Positions 9,482 to 19,022 are shown, numbered from the stretch's first letter. The stretch: 64,000 nt of DNA from Candidatus Kaiserbacteria bacterium (GCA_016217965.1 JACRFI010000007.1:37815-101814), one strand, 5' to 3'. The notes: generated by a model not told the origin, from the letters alone. Numbers and translations: made by a program.

Positions 9482-10111
9482 CTACGGATTGTTAATTCGT
9501 TTACGTAGCTCGTGATATGCAATCTCTGCTTCCTCGACCTTGAGAAGTAAGAGCGATAGCTTAGTCGTTAGACCGCCTTTTCCTGGGCTCTTCGGAGTAG
9601 TGAGGATCTCCTCAATTATACTCACCCATCCTGTGAGTGGGTCGGATTGATCTACCAATGCATTGAGTTCTGCGTCTAAGCCTCGTGCCTTAGCGTCACT
9701 GGTGATCAATTTGATGTTTTCTCGTAGTCTGTGGGTCCGTTCCGATAAATTCGCAAAAGAACGCTTTTCAGCCGAAGGCACGTTTTGCGTTACGGCAGTC
9801 GTTTTCTCCGACTGCATAGCAGGAGTCGGAGTTTCATTCGATGGAAATGGCTCGCCTTTTTTTGCAGCAAAATACGCTCGCCGATGCATTTCGAACGCAG
9901 GGAACCGTATCGACAGACGATGTTTAAGCGATTGCGTCTCGCCAAGTTCCCGTATCAGGCTTTCCATTGACAGCAGGCCATCCCTTTTACGGATTTGATT
10001 GCCGACTTTATAGATGCGTTCGGGTGTGATCGTGTTGAGCCTTTCCGACGCATCAGTATTTCTTCTGTTATCTCGTTTGTATCCAAAATTTCGATCAGAT
10101 GGCTCAGACAT
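9482..10111 (-). CDS. Hypothetical protein
   Basis: 209-aa ORF starting 3 nt after the hisS stop; no motif recognised. Confidence 0.6.
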   Translation of the reverse strand: MSEPSDRNFGYKRDNRRNTDASERLNTITPERIYKVGNQIRKRDGLLSMESLIRELGETQSLKHRLSIRFPAFEMHRRAYFAAKKGEPFPSNETPTPAMQSEKTTAVTQNVPSAEKRSFANLSERTHRLRENIKLITSDAKARGLDAELNALVDQSDPLTGWVSIIEEILTTPKSPGKGGLTTKLSLLLLKVEEAEIAYHELRKRINNP

Positions 10112-10114
10112 ACA

Positions 10115-11371
10115 TCAACCTAAGGAAGAAAACAAGTGTTCTGCGATTCGATCTGCGGAAAGGGTCGTCTCGTTGCCTGTTGAGAGTTGTTTGATGGTGT
10201 ATTTGCCGGAATCGCGCTCTTTCTCGCCGATTGCGATAACAAACGGAACTTTCATTTTGTCCGCCTGCCGTATCTGGTCTCCAATGCGTTTTCCGGAGAA
10301 ATTGACCGCGACCGTGATATCTTCGTGCCGAAGGTCTTGTGCAAGCTTGGTTGCGTGACCAAGTGCGGACTCATCAACGACACATAGCATCAGTTCTGTT
10401 GCCGGCGCGTATTTTGGCAAGAGATTGTGGGTCGCAAGAAAATCGCGCAGGGCGACGTCGCCGACGGCAAATCCCACTGCCGCGACACTCTCAGCGCCGA
10501 AGATTCCAACGAGGCCGTCGTAGCGTCCGCCCCCGAAGAGGGAGCGTTTATTTTCTCCGGATGTATCGAACACCTCGAATACCATGCCGGTGTAATAATC
10601 GAATCCACGTGCGATAGACGTATCAACTACCATGTTGCCCACGCCAAGAGCCCTTACCTGTGTTTGCAGTTTCTCGAGGTATGCCGTGGAAGTGGTCCTG
10701 TCCACGTATTCTATGAGCTTTGCAGAACGATCTTTAAGGAGCTTCTTCAGCTCTCCTTCAAAATTGTCGAGTTTTGCACGTTTGTCCAAGAGCCTCGTTA
10801 CTTCCGGCCGCTCGGACGCCTGAACACCGCACGCATCGTACGCTGCGTCGAGAAAGCGTCGGTCAGACACGCGAAGTTCAAAGTTCCGTTCATCTGCGCC
10901 GAAAGAGCGCATGATGGAGTGGGCGAGCGCCAGTATCTCGGCGTCCGCTTCGATGCTCTCGCTTCCTATAATGTCGGCGTTCAGTTGCCAAAATTCTCGC
11001 TGCCTGCCTTTTCGAACTTGCTCGTAACGAAAGAAGTTGGCTATTGAATACCATCTGGCAGGCATGGGAATATCCCGCACTTTTGCCGCGATCATGCGCG
11101 CGAGCGTCGGCGTCATCTCGGGGCGAAGCGTTACCTCTCGGTCGCCTCGATCCTTAAATGTATACGTTTGTTCGTTCACTATCTCCTCGGATGTTTTCGC
11201 AAGGTACAAGTCGGTCGGCTCAAGAACCGATGCGTTGTATTCTTCGTAGCCAAAATGCTCGCACGCGCGCGCCATGCTCTCGAACATGTACTTCTGCAGA
11301 AATTGGTCCTCCGGGTAGAAATCCCTTACGCCTTTATACGGTTCTGTTGATAGATCGGTTTTTTTTGCCAT
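10115..11371 (-). CDS. hisS: Histidine--tRNA ligase
   Basis: YKGVRDF, LRPEMTP, FRYEQ..GRQREFWQ, ARGFDYYTG, GGGRYD. Confidence 0.97.
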   Translation of the reverse strand: MAKKTDLSTEPYKGVRDFYPEDQFLQKYMFESMARACEHFGYEEYNASVLEPTDLYLAKTSEEIVNEQTYTFKDRGDREVTLRPEMTPTLARMIAAKVRDIPMPARWYSIANFFRYEQVRKGRQREFWQLNADIIGSESIEADAEILALAHSIMRSFGADERNFELRVSDRRFLDAAYDACGVQASERPEVTRLLDKRAKLDNFEGELKKLLKDRSAKLIEYVDRTTSTAYLEKLQTQVRALGVGNMVVDTSIARGFDYYTGMVFEVFDTSGENKRSLFGGGRYDGLVGIFGAESVAAVGFAVGDVALRDFLATHNLLPKYAPATELMLCVVDESALGHATKLAQDLRHEDITVAVNFSGKRIGDQIRQADKMKVPFVIAIGEKERDSGKYTIKQLSTGNETTLSADRIAEHLFSSLG

Positions 11372-11392
11372 AAGGTCCAATTATTCAGTATT

Positions 11393-11500
11393 AATTTTCA
11401 ATTTGCAATTCTCAATTTTCAATGAATTTCCAATGGCTCAATGTTGAAAATTAATTCATTGACTTATTGATTGAAAATTGGAAATTGAGACTTGAAAATT
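11393..11500. repeat. AT-rich dispersed repeat, family B, copy 2
   Basis: Similar to 7813-7922; abuts the stop codon of the upstream kinase gene. Confidence 0.9.
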
Positions 11501-12726
11501 TATGCCGCCGGCAGTTCAACGAAAAACCGCGCTCCTTTGCCAGCGCCTGCAGATTCCGCCCATATCTTTCCTCCGTGCGCTTCGACTATCATGCGTGCGA
11601 CGTAGAGCCCGTAGCCAGTGCTTTCTGGGTTCACGGCAGACGAATTTTTTCCTTTGCCGCCTTCTGTAAAGAGTACTTGCATGTCCTCTGGCGTAATCCC
11701 GACTCCGGAATCTTTGACCGAAAAGACGATCATCCGTCCGGCATGGGCGAGAAGAACGCGAACCTCGCCGTGAGACGTATAGCGTACCGCATTATCAATA
11801 AGGTTCCTTAATACGTGGCGCCGGAGCTTTGCTTCGTCGCCTTCCAGCATGAAAGTCCCACCGTCTATCGTCGTATCAAGCGACAGGCCTTTTCGAGCTG
11901 CCGCACTGCGTATATCTTCCACTATCTCCAGTACGCTCGCTTTTGCATCGAACTGCTTTTTTTCAAGTGCCATTGTGCCGCTCTTGAAATTCGACGCGTC
12001 GAGTATGCCCATTACAGTGTCGACGCCTTTCCTTGTCTCGGATAGCGCAGTATTTGCGACCGATTTGACACTGTCCGGCACCGCGCCCACGTCGCCGTCT
12101 GCGATGACGGAGAGCGCGGATTCGCTCTTGGTGAGGTAGCTCTTCACTTCGTGCGCAATCGAGTGCAGCAAGCTCTCTTGGCGCTTTGTCGTCACTTCTA
12201 ATTCCGCTGTGCGGCCCAGCCGGCCAAGGATGATATTGCGAGCTTTCTCCGGATTCGGTATCCCTTCCACTTTCGCATACTCGTCGCTGGGCCCCGCAGT
12301 CTGTATCTCAATGGAACCGTAGCCGAAGAATTCCTGTACAAAGTTCTCGCTCCGCACGGTTATTTCCTGTACGCGATCCAATCCCCATGTCGCGATCTGG
12401 CGGTTAAAGAGCCCCACCTGATCGATATTCACGATCCGGCGGTCTGTGACTATCCAAAGGTCCAGATAGTAGTCTGTCCATAGGGCAAAGAGCGCCATCC
12501 ATACAACAAGGAGCCAAAGTGCCGTCGCGAAACTCGCGATTGCGGCGTATCCGATGGCGTCGAGGTAGAGCGATGGCACGGTCGCAATGATAAGTGGAAC
12601 GACAATGCCTGGGATGAGCCCGATGATGAGCGTTCCGATGGTGTCTCTGAGGAGGATGATCCAATGCTTCCGCAACTTCAGCAGGATTTTTTCTCCCGGC
12701 TCGATTTTGATATTTGGTAATGACAT
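11500..12726 (-). CDS. Sensor histidine kinase with N-terminal TM + bacterial PH (bPH_2/YdbS-like) domain
   Basis: LRKHW, WIVTDRRIV..Q.GLF, GYGSIEIQTAG; then IAHEVK H-box, NLIDNAVRY, DSGVG, GYGL. Confidence 0.85.
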   Translation of the reverse strand: MSLPNIKIEPGEKILLKLRKHWIILLRDTIGTLIIGLIPGIVVPLIIATVPSLYLDAIGYAAIASFATALWLLVVWMALFALWTDYYLDLWIVTDRRIVNIDQVGLFNRQIATWGLDRVQEITVRSENFVQEFFGYGSIEIQTAGPSDEYAKVEGIPNPEKARNIILGRLGRTAELEVTTKRQESLLHSIAHEVKSYLTKSESALSVIADGDVGAVPDSVKSVANTALSETRKGVDTVMGILDASNFKSGTMALEKKQFDAKASVLEIVEDIRSAAARKGLSLDTTIDGGTFMLEGDEAKLRRHVLRNLIDNAVRYTSHGEVRVLLAHAGRMIVFSVKDSGVGITPEDMQVLFTEGGKGKNSSAVNPESTGYGLYVARMIVEAHGGKIWAESAGAGKGARFFVELPAA

Positions 12727-12729
12727 TTT

Positions 12730-12951
12730 TTATGAGAGCGACACGATTGCGCCGAACATTGTCGAAAGAAGTAGGAATACGCCTATTGCATACAGAACAA
12801 GCGCGGCTGCAGGAACATATGCGTTCATCGCAAATCGCACCCAATGGTATGAAAGGATGCCGCCAAGAAGAATGGCAAGCGCGCTTGCTGCCGCGAACAA
12901 TAGCCACATCACGACTATAGCGAATTCTCCGGTAAGGGCGCCTTCTGGCAT
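12730..12951 (-). CDS. Small two-TM membrane protein
   Basis: MPEGALTGEF... hydrophobic with YHWVRF; directly upstream of the kinase gene. Confidence 0.6.
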   Translation of the reverse strand: MPEGALTGEFAIVVMWLLFAAASALAILLGGILSYHWVRFAMNAYVPAAALVLYAIGVFLLLSTMFGAIVSLS

Positions 12952-12960
12952 CAACGCATA

Positions 12961-12988
12961 GTAAACAGCGAACAGTAAACAGTAAACA
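12961..12988. repeat. Heptamer tandem repeat (GTAAACA)x4
   Basis: gtaaaca gcgaaca gtaaaca gtaaaca. Confidence 0.7.
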
Positions 12989-13046
12989 GAAGGACATGGA
13001 CATCTTCTCGACGCAAGTGCCCACCGGATGGTATATTTCGCGCCCA

Positions 13047-13472
13047 ATGAGATCGACTATTTTTCGTTCCAAATTTGCGATACGGCGCTCAAAGCCGGGA
13101 GCAGGGTATGGGCTTTTTGCGACTGCCCCCGTTTCTGCAGGAGATTTCGTTCTCGAATATAAGGGCCGGCATATCCCATCTGGTGCGGCAGATTCGCTCA
13201 AAACCCGTTACCTGTTTGAGATAGATTCGTTGTGGACTATTGACGGCTCTTCGCAGGGGAACACGGCGCGCTACATAAACCACTCGTGTGCGCCGAATTG
13301 CGAGGCAGAAATACGTGATGGAAAAGTGCTCATTTTTGCAGAGAGGGATATTGAGGCGGGGGAGGAGCTGACTATTGACTATGGCGAGGAATATTTTAAA
13401 GAATTTATAGAACCGAAGGGTTGCGCATGCGTAAAATGCGCACATCCGAGATTCGCATTCTGGAAACGGTAG
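13047..13472 (+). CDS. SET-domain protein-lysine methyltransferase
   Basis: GYGLFA, EYKG, ARYINHSCAPN, GEELTIDY, post-SET CACVKC. Confidence 0.92.
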   Translation: MRSTIFRSKFAIRRSKPGAGYGLFATAPVSAGDFVLEYKGRHIPSGAADSLKTRYLFEIDSLWTIDGSSQGNTARYINHSCAPNCEAEIRDGKVLIFAERDIEAGEELTIDYGEEYFKEFIEPKGCACVKCAHPRFAFWKR

Positions 13473-13488
13473 TGGTACTATCTGGGGC

Positions 13489-13860
13489 ATGTCAAAAACA
13501 ACTATTTTCTGGGTGGTGGTTGCAGTCCTTATCGTAGGAGGCATCGCAGGCAGTTGGTACATGAAAACGTTGCCGGGGAAGTACGACGCACTTGCGCAGT
13601 GTCTCACAGAAAAAGGCGCGAAATTTTATGGCGCGTTCTGGTGCCCGCATTGCCAGGAACAGAAGCGAATGTTCGGCAACTCTGAGAAACTGCTTCCGTA
13701 CGTGGAATGCTCGAACCCCGATCAGAAGACGCAAACGCAGGTCTGCATTGATATGAAGATCGAATCGTATCCGACGTGGATTTTTGCGGATGGGAGCAAG
13801 TTGACGGGAGAGAAACAGCCGAAAGAATTGGCGGAGAAAGCAGGTTGTCCCGTCGAATAA
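13489..13860 (+). CDS. Membrane-anchored thioredoxin-like protein (VKOR/DsbB partner type)
   Basis: FYGAFWCPHC, YVEC, YPTW. Confidence 0.85.
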   Translation: MSKTTIFWVVVAVLIVGGIAGSWYMKTLPGKYDALAQCLTEKGAKFYGAFWCPHCQEQKRMFGNSEKLLPYVECSNPDQKTQTQVCIDMKIESYPTWIFADGSKLTGEKQPKELAEKAGCPVE

Positions 13861-13966
13861 TTTTCAAGTCTCAATTTTGCAATTTTCAATCAATGTATCA
13901 ATGAATTAATTTTCAAACATTGGAACATTGAAAATTCATTGGAAATTGAGAATTGGAAATTTGAAA
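13859..13966. repeat. AT-rich dispersed repeat, family B, copy 3 (opposite orientation)
   Basis: Reverse complement closely matches 7813-7922. Confidence 0.9.
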
Positions 13967-13968
13967 CC

Positions 13969-14502
13969 ATGTTCGACATTCCGACAGTAAATTACGTTCT
14001 CGCTCTTGGGACGGTGTTCCTCCAGATTGCTGCGATCGCACTTCTTGTTCTCTGGTTTCTTAAAGAAAAGCAAGACTATTCATCATCTGCGGAGAAAGTT
14101 GGGAAATGGGGACTCTTGATAGGCCTCATTGTTTCGTTTGCTGCCGCTTTTATGAACCAGTACTACAACGAAGTATTGGGTATTCCACCCTGCGACTTGT
14201 GCTGGTGGGGGCGGATTTTTCTCTACCCTCAGATCATACTTTTTGGAATGTCTATCTATAAGCGTGATCATTACATTGCCGATTATGCCATCGTACTTTC
14301 AGTGCTGGGAGCTGCTGTTTCGCTCTACCACCACACGCTCCAGATGTTCCCGAACTCTTTGCCGTGTCCCGCCACCGGCGTCTCGTGCGCAACGCGTATC
14401 CTATTTGAATTTGGCTACATCACGTACCCGTTGATGGCGTTTTCTTTGTTCGCGTTCCTCATCGTGATGATGCTTTTTGTTCGCGCTAGCCGCTCGTCTT
14501 GA
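13969..14502 (+). CDS. dsbB: Disulfide bond formation protein B (DsbB/BdbC)
   Basis: PCDLCWWGRIFLYP, second Cys pair CPATGVSC, four TM segments. Confidence 0.88.
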   Translation: MFDIPTVNYVLALGTVFLQIAAIALLVLWFLKEKQDYSSSAEKVGKWGLLIGLIVSFAAAFMNQYYNEVLGIPPCDLCWWGRIFLYPQIILFGMSIYKRDHYIADYAIVLSVLGAAVSLYHHTLQMFPNSLPCPATGVSCATRILFEFGYITYPLMAFSLFAFLIVMMLFVRASRSS

Positions 14503-16153
14503 GCATATATTTTTCTATCTCGGCTTCTGTGCCTCCGATGCCTGGCATAGGCACTTTTTTGCCGGGGTTAAAGATGTTCTGAGGATCAAAGATTTTTTTC
14601 GTTTCCGCGAATAATTCAAGCATCTTGGGGCTGAACATTTTGCTGAGGAATGGTGTGCGGATGATGCCGTCATTGTGTTCTCCCGTGGTCGAGCCGCGGT
14701 ATTTGGCGACCAGGTCGTACACCTTGGGCGTTAACTCCATGATGATGCTCCGTGCCTTCGGGTCGGCGAGGTTCATGAGGGGGATGATATGAAAGTTCCC
14801 ATTCCCGACGTGTCCTGCAATGGTGTAAATAAGGTCGTAGTTCGACAGAAGCGAATTCAGCTCGGGTAAAAATTGAGGGTACGTGCTTGGCTCTACGACG
14901 AAATCATCGACGAACGGCGATGCATAATAGCCATGCAGGTTTTTACGAAGGAGTGCGAAGCTTTCTCGGCGCATGGTCCAGTATTTTTTTGTTGCCGCTT
15001 CATTTGCCGCGATTTTCATCTTGATGGGGAAATGCATCAGCGCCGCCCTTGTATCGATTGCCTTTTTAAGAGCGAGTTCATGCGTGTCTTCCGCAAATTC
15101 AGCCATGAGGATAAGTTTCGGCACGCCGCCCGTGAGAGCCATGCCTACTTCAGGAAGGAAAGAGAACCCTAAGTGAATTGCTTTCGCGATGCCCAGCTGC
15201 TTCAGTATTTGTGGCAAGAAGCGCACAGCAAGCTTGAATGTTTGGTCGTCGTACGATTCAAACGATTCTGGCTCGTGCTCAAGAACAGTACGCACAATGT
15301 CCGGGAGCGTTTTCAGGTCCGACATGAACACCACGAGCATCGCGTGGTGTGGTTTCGGTTTTACGAGGCCCAGCTTCATTTTTGTGACAAGCGCGAGCGT
15401 GCCCTGGGAGCCGGTAATGAGCTTTGTGAGGTCAAAGATGCCACTTTGCCTGTCGTATACATTCCAAAGTGCATAGCCTGCTGAATTCTTTGAGACGCGC
15501 GGCGTAGCCGCGCGTATCTCCTGCCAATTCTCTTCTATTAGCGCGTGCATCTTGCGGTATATCTCGCCTTCGAGATTTTGTTCGGCTTTTTTCGCCTCCA
15601 AGTCTGCGCGAGATAGCGGGCGGAGTATTGCTTTCGAGCCGTCCGAGAGGACGGTGTCGAGTTCTCGAACATAGCGGTCTGTCTTTCCGTATCGCAAGGT
15701 CAACTCGCCCGCCGAGTTGTTGGAGACAATGCCGCCGAGCGCGCATAGTTCGCGCGAGGCGGGGTAGGAAGCGAGAAGCATACCGTTCTTTGCAAGTGTT
15801 TCCTTTTCAAAGTCTCGGTAGTACATACCAGGCTCGGCGACAGCGTAGTCGCTTCCTATATCGAGCATGTGGTTCATATATTTCGTGAAGGAGACGACTA
15901 TCGAGTCTGTAAGCGGCCCTCCCGACATGTCGGTTCCTGCAGAGCGGCCTGTGACAGAAATGTCCTGCCCTTCTTTTTTTGCAGCGGAGACGTACCTCAC
16001 GAGCGCGGCTACATCATCAGTACTTTTTGGGCTCACGACGAGCTTCGGTCTTCGAGTAAAAATGCTCGTATCGCGGCTGAATTTTTTCAACGTTTCAGCA
16101 TCGTCAGCAACGTCTCCTTGTATGAGAGCAGCGAGGCTCTCTTTGAGAGTCAT
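14486..16153 (-). CDS. FAD-binding oxidoreductase (GlcD/D-lactate dehydrogenase family)
   Basis: RSAGTDMSG, GGIVSNNSAG, GSQGTL, GHVGNGNFH, GEHNDG, FNPGK. Confidence 0.9.
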   Translation of the reverse strand: MTLKESLAALIQGDVADDAETLKKFSRDTSIFTRRPKLVVSPKSTDDVAALVRYVSAAKKEGQDISVTGRSAGTDMSGGPLTDSIVVSFTKYMNHMLDIGSDYAVAEPGMYYRDFEKETLAKNGMLLASYPASRELCALGGIVSNNSAGELTLRYGKTDRYVRELDTVLSDGSKAILRPLSRADLEAKKAEQNLEGEIYRKMHALIEENWQEIRAATPRVSKNSAGYALWNVYDRQSGIFDLTKLITGSQGTLALVTKMKLGLVKPKPHHAMLVVFMSDLKTLPDIVRTVLEHEPESFESYDDQTFKLAVRFLPQILKQLGIAKAIHLGFSFLPEVGMALTGGVPKLILMAEFAEDTHELALKKAIDTRAALMHFPIKMKIAANEAATKKYWTMRRESFALLRKNLHGYYASPFVDDFVVEPSTYPQFLPELNSLLSNYDLIYTIAGHVGNGNFHIIPLMNLADPKARSIIMELTPKVYDLVAKYRGSTTGEHNDGIIRTPFLSKMFSPKMLELFAETKKIFDPQNIFNPGKKVPMPGIGGTEAEIEKYMLKTSG

Positions 16154-16159
16154 ATCAAT

Positions 16160-16260
16160 AAGTATCAAGTATCAGGTACCAAGTATCAAATAAGTATCAA
16201 GGTATAAGTATCAAGCGCCCTACGAGTTCTCTTGATACCTGATACTTGTAATTTGATACT
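16160..16260. repeat. Heptamer repeat array with inverted half (AGTATCA ... TGATACT)
   Basis: Several AAGTATCA units followed by TGATAC(C/T) units. Confidence 0.8.
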
Positions 16261-17622
16261 TTACGGATTCTTTTTCCCCAACGTCTCCAAAAGTTTATCT
16301 ATAAGAAGCTCGGTTTCTTCTGGGTTTTGTACCTGGCGCGTCTCGACACTTGCTTCCATCACTGAGTAATCGTTGCCGCCCGGGTAAATTGCATCGCCCA
16401 CAAAAAGCATTTCTTTTGGCTGTATGCCGAGTTGTTTCGCAAGATACAGTGCTCCGTATGCTTTGTTTATGCCCTTTGGGGTGATATCTATTGTTGTTGA
16501 GCCGCCAATCGCTATCTCGAATCCCGGGATCTTCGCATCGAGCGCTTTCTTTAGTTTCGTTCGCTTCGAAAGGTCGGTATCCCAAGCTTTTTTCTCGGCT
16601 TGCGTGGCGTTGAGGCCGAGCGCGGTAAAGACTATCTTGGAATCGCGTTCGAGTATTTCCCATTGGTATTTCGGGGATCTCTCGATGATCCCCGTTTCTG
16701 CCACACCCTCTTTGATTGCTGCGATGATGCGTACTCGTTCCTCCGGCGTGTGCTTCACTTGGTATTGCGCGATCCATTTTCCATTCTCGAGCATGTGCGC
16801 TTCAGCGGACGCGTATGAAAATACGTATAGCCGCTTCACATGCGGGTGATCCTCAAGTGGCGGAAGGAAACTTTTTTCGATGCGGTCGAAGCTGGCCGCG
16901 GAAAGGATGGCAACTGGCACTCGGTCTAAGAGGCGAGAGAGTTTTTCTATCATTGGCGCGGTAGGTGGCTGCCAGCTTTCAACAAGCGTGTCGTCTAGAT
17001 CAAATAGTACGGCTTTCGGAACCTTTATTCTCTCGAAGCGATGCTTCCAGAATTCGCGCGCCAGAGGGATGCAGGTAACAACGATGATGGTGAGAACAAC
17101 GACTTCTATGTAATCGGCGGTCTTTGGGAATGTTTCCCCCAGCGCGTATCCGAGGAATGAGATGCCGCTTGCCCACAAGACACCGCCGAGCGCGTTGTAG
17201 AACATGAAGGCCCGGTAGTCCATGTTCGCAACGCCCGCGAGTATCGGAGCAAATGTACGGACTATCGGGACGAAGCGCGCGAGGAGGATGGTGCGTGTGC
17301 CGTACTTCGCATAAAAGCGACGCGTGCGCTCCAGATACTCGCGCTTGAAGAATCGTGAGTTGGGTTTGTCGAAAAGGTGAATGCCGACTTTCGAGCCGAA
17401 CCAATAGCCGACGTTATCGCCAAGGATGGCGGCTATTGCGACCAGAGGGACGATGATACGGATATCTAGAAATCCCTGAGAGGCGAGAAAACCAGAGGTA
17501 AAGAGAAGCGATGCGCCCGGCAAGAAAAATCCGATGATAAGACCCGATTCGGCGAAGATTATCGCAAAGAGTCCCGGGTACCCGATCCACTCGATAAATT
17601 GGGAAAGTTCCCAGGGCAACAT
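16261..17622 (-). CDS. DedA/VTT membrane protein fused to a HAD-IIB phosphomannomutase-like domain
   Basis: FAESG..GFFLPG, GDNVGYWFG, ARFVPIVRTF; then FDLDDTL, GGSTTIDIT..GINK, FVGD..YPGGND. Confidence 0.88.
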   Translation of the reverse strand: MLPWELSQFIEWIGYPGLFAIIFAESGLIIGFFLPGASLLFTSGFLASQGFLDIRIIVPLVAIAAILGDNVGYWFGSKVGIHLFDKPNSRFFKREYLERTRRFYAKYGTRTILLARFVPIVRTFAPILAGVANMDYRAFMFYNALGGVLWASGISFLGYALGETFPKTADYIEVVVLTIIVVTCIPLAREFWKHRFERIKVPKAVLFDLDDTLVESWQPPTAPMIEKLSRLLDRVPVAILSAASFDRIEKSFLPPLEDHPHVKRLYVFSYASAEAHMLENGKWIAQYQVKHTPEERVRIIAAIKEGVAETGIIERSPKYQWEILERDSKIVFTALGLNATQAEKKAWDTDLSKRTKLKKALDAKIPGFEIAIGGSTTIDITPKGINKAYGALYLAKQLGIQPKEMLFVGDAIYPGGNDYSVMEASVETRQVQNPEETELLIDKLLETLGKKNP

Positions 17623-17624
17623 AA

Positions 17625-17697
17625 GAGTATGTAGTATGACGTATAGAGTATGGAGCAGCAAATAAATACCCTATACACAATACCCTATACGAAATAC
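17625..17697. repeat. Heptamer repeat array with inverted half (GTAT ... ATAC)
   Basis: gagtatg tagtatg acgtata gagtatg ... ataccct atacaca ataccct atacgaa atac. Confidence 0.7.
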
Positions 17698-17699
17698 GT

Positions 17700-18965
17700 T
17701 CAGACAAACGCATCAGGAATCGGGAATTTCTTGCACATTTTGCGGATGTCTTCGCGGACGCGCCTGTGGATCTTTTTATCGTTTTTGTTCTTGAGGGTCT
17801 CAATCATGAGTTCTGCCACTTTCGCACACTCTTTCTCTTTGAATCCGCGCGTCGTGATCGCGGGCGTGCCGAATCGGATGCCTGACGGGTCCATCGGTTT
17901 TCGTGTGTCGTCTGCTATCGAGTTCTTGTTGAGTGTGATGCCGACTTCATCCAATACCGTCTCCGCATCCTGGCCTCCGATGCCGAGAGAACCGTACACA
18001 TCCGCGAGAATGAGATGGCTGTCAGTACCTCCCGTTATCATTCTGATATTTGCACTCTTGAATACTTTTTCCATCGCTTTTGCGTTCTTGAGGACCTGTT
18101 TTGCATAGGTGCGGTACTTGGGGCTAAGTGCTTCACCGAAACATACTGCTTTTGCAGCGATGGTGTTCATCAGCGGCCCGCCCTGGAGTCCGGGGAAAAT
18201 GGACTTGTCTATTTTCTTTGCGATTTCCTCATTATCTCGAGTCAGTATCATTCCGCCTCGCGGGCCGCGCAGTGTCTTGTGCGTGGTCGTCGTCATGATG
18301 TCGAAGCCGAAATCGAAAGGGTTCTTCATTGCGCGGCCCGCAATGAGGCCCGCGATGTGTGCGATGTCCATCACCGCAAGTGCCCCAACTTCGCGTGCAA
18401 TCGAAACAAACTTTGCATAATCCAATTCACGAGGGTACGCAGAATAGCCTGCAAGAACTATTTTCGGCTTCTCTCGTTTCGCGACTTCACGCATCTCATC
18501 GTAGTCGATCTCTCCAGTATCCGCGTCTTTCATTTTGTAGCGGACGAATTTGTATATCTTTGTGAGATAGGTCACCGGATGCCCGTGTGTGAGGTGTCCG
18601 CCGTGCGAGAGATCCATGCCGAGCACAGTGTCGCCGGGGTTTAGGAGCGCGAAATACATGCCGACGTTCGCCGGCGCGCCCGCATGCGGCTGCACGTTAG
18701 CGAATTTGCAGTCGAAGAGTTTCTTGGCGCGATCTCTGGCGATATTCTCGACGATGTCGGTGTATGTCTGGCCACCATAGTAACGTTTGCCTGGATAGCC
18801 TTCGGAATACTTATTCGTGAGGTTTGAACTGTTTGCTTCACGGACTGCTTTCGAGACGTAGTTTTCAGAAGGGATAAGCTCGAGTCCGTCTCGCTGCCTC
18901 TCTTCTTCGCCCATGAGAGCTTTGTATACTGCCGGGTCTTGTTTTTTGACGTGGGGATATAGCAT
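17700..18965 (-). CDS. glyA: Serine hydroxymethyltransferase
   Basis: LIPSEN, NKYSEGYPGKRYYGG, GGHLTHG, TTTTHKTLRGPRGG. Confidence 0.98.
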   Translation of the reverse strand: MLYPHVKKQDPAVYKALMGEEERQRDGLELIPSENYVSKAVREANSSNLTNKYSEGYPGKRYYGGQTYTDIVENIARDRAKKLFDCKFANVQPHAGAPANVGMYFALLNPGDTVLGMDLSHGGHLTHGHPVTYLTKIYKFVRYKMKDADTGEIDYDEMREVAKREKPKIVLAGYSAYPRELDYAKFVSIAREVGALAVMDIAHIAGLIAGRAMKNPFDFGFDIMTTTTHKTLRGPRGGMILTRDNEEIAKKIDKSIFPGLQGGPLMNTIAAKAVCFGEALSPKYRTYAKQVLKNAKAMEKVFKSANIRMITGGTDSHLILADVYGSLGIGGQDAETVLDEVGITLNKNSIADDTRKPMDPSGIRFGTPAITTRGFKEKECAKVAELMIETLKNKNDKKIHRRVREDIRKMCKKFPIPDAFV

Positions 18966-18996
18966 AGCTTGTAGCTTTTAGCTGGTAGCTTGTAGC
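18965..18996. repeat. Heptamer tandem repeat (TAGCTTG)
   Basis: tagcttg tagcttt tagctgg tagcttg tagc. Confidence 0.7.
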
Positions 18997-19022
18997 AAAA
19001 ATGTAAAGTAGCTAAATCATAT

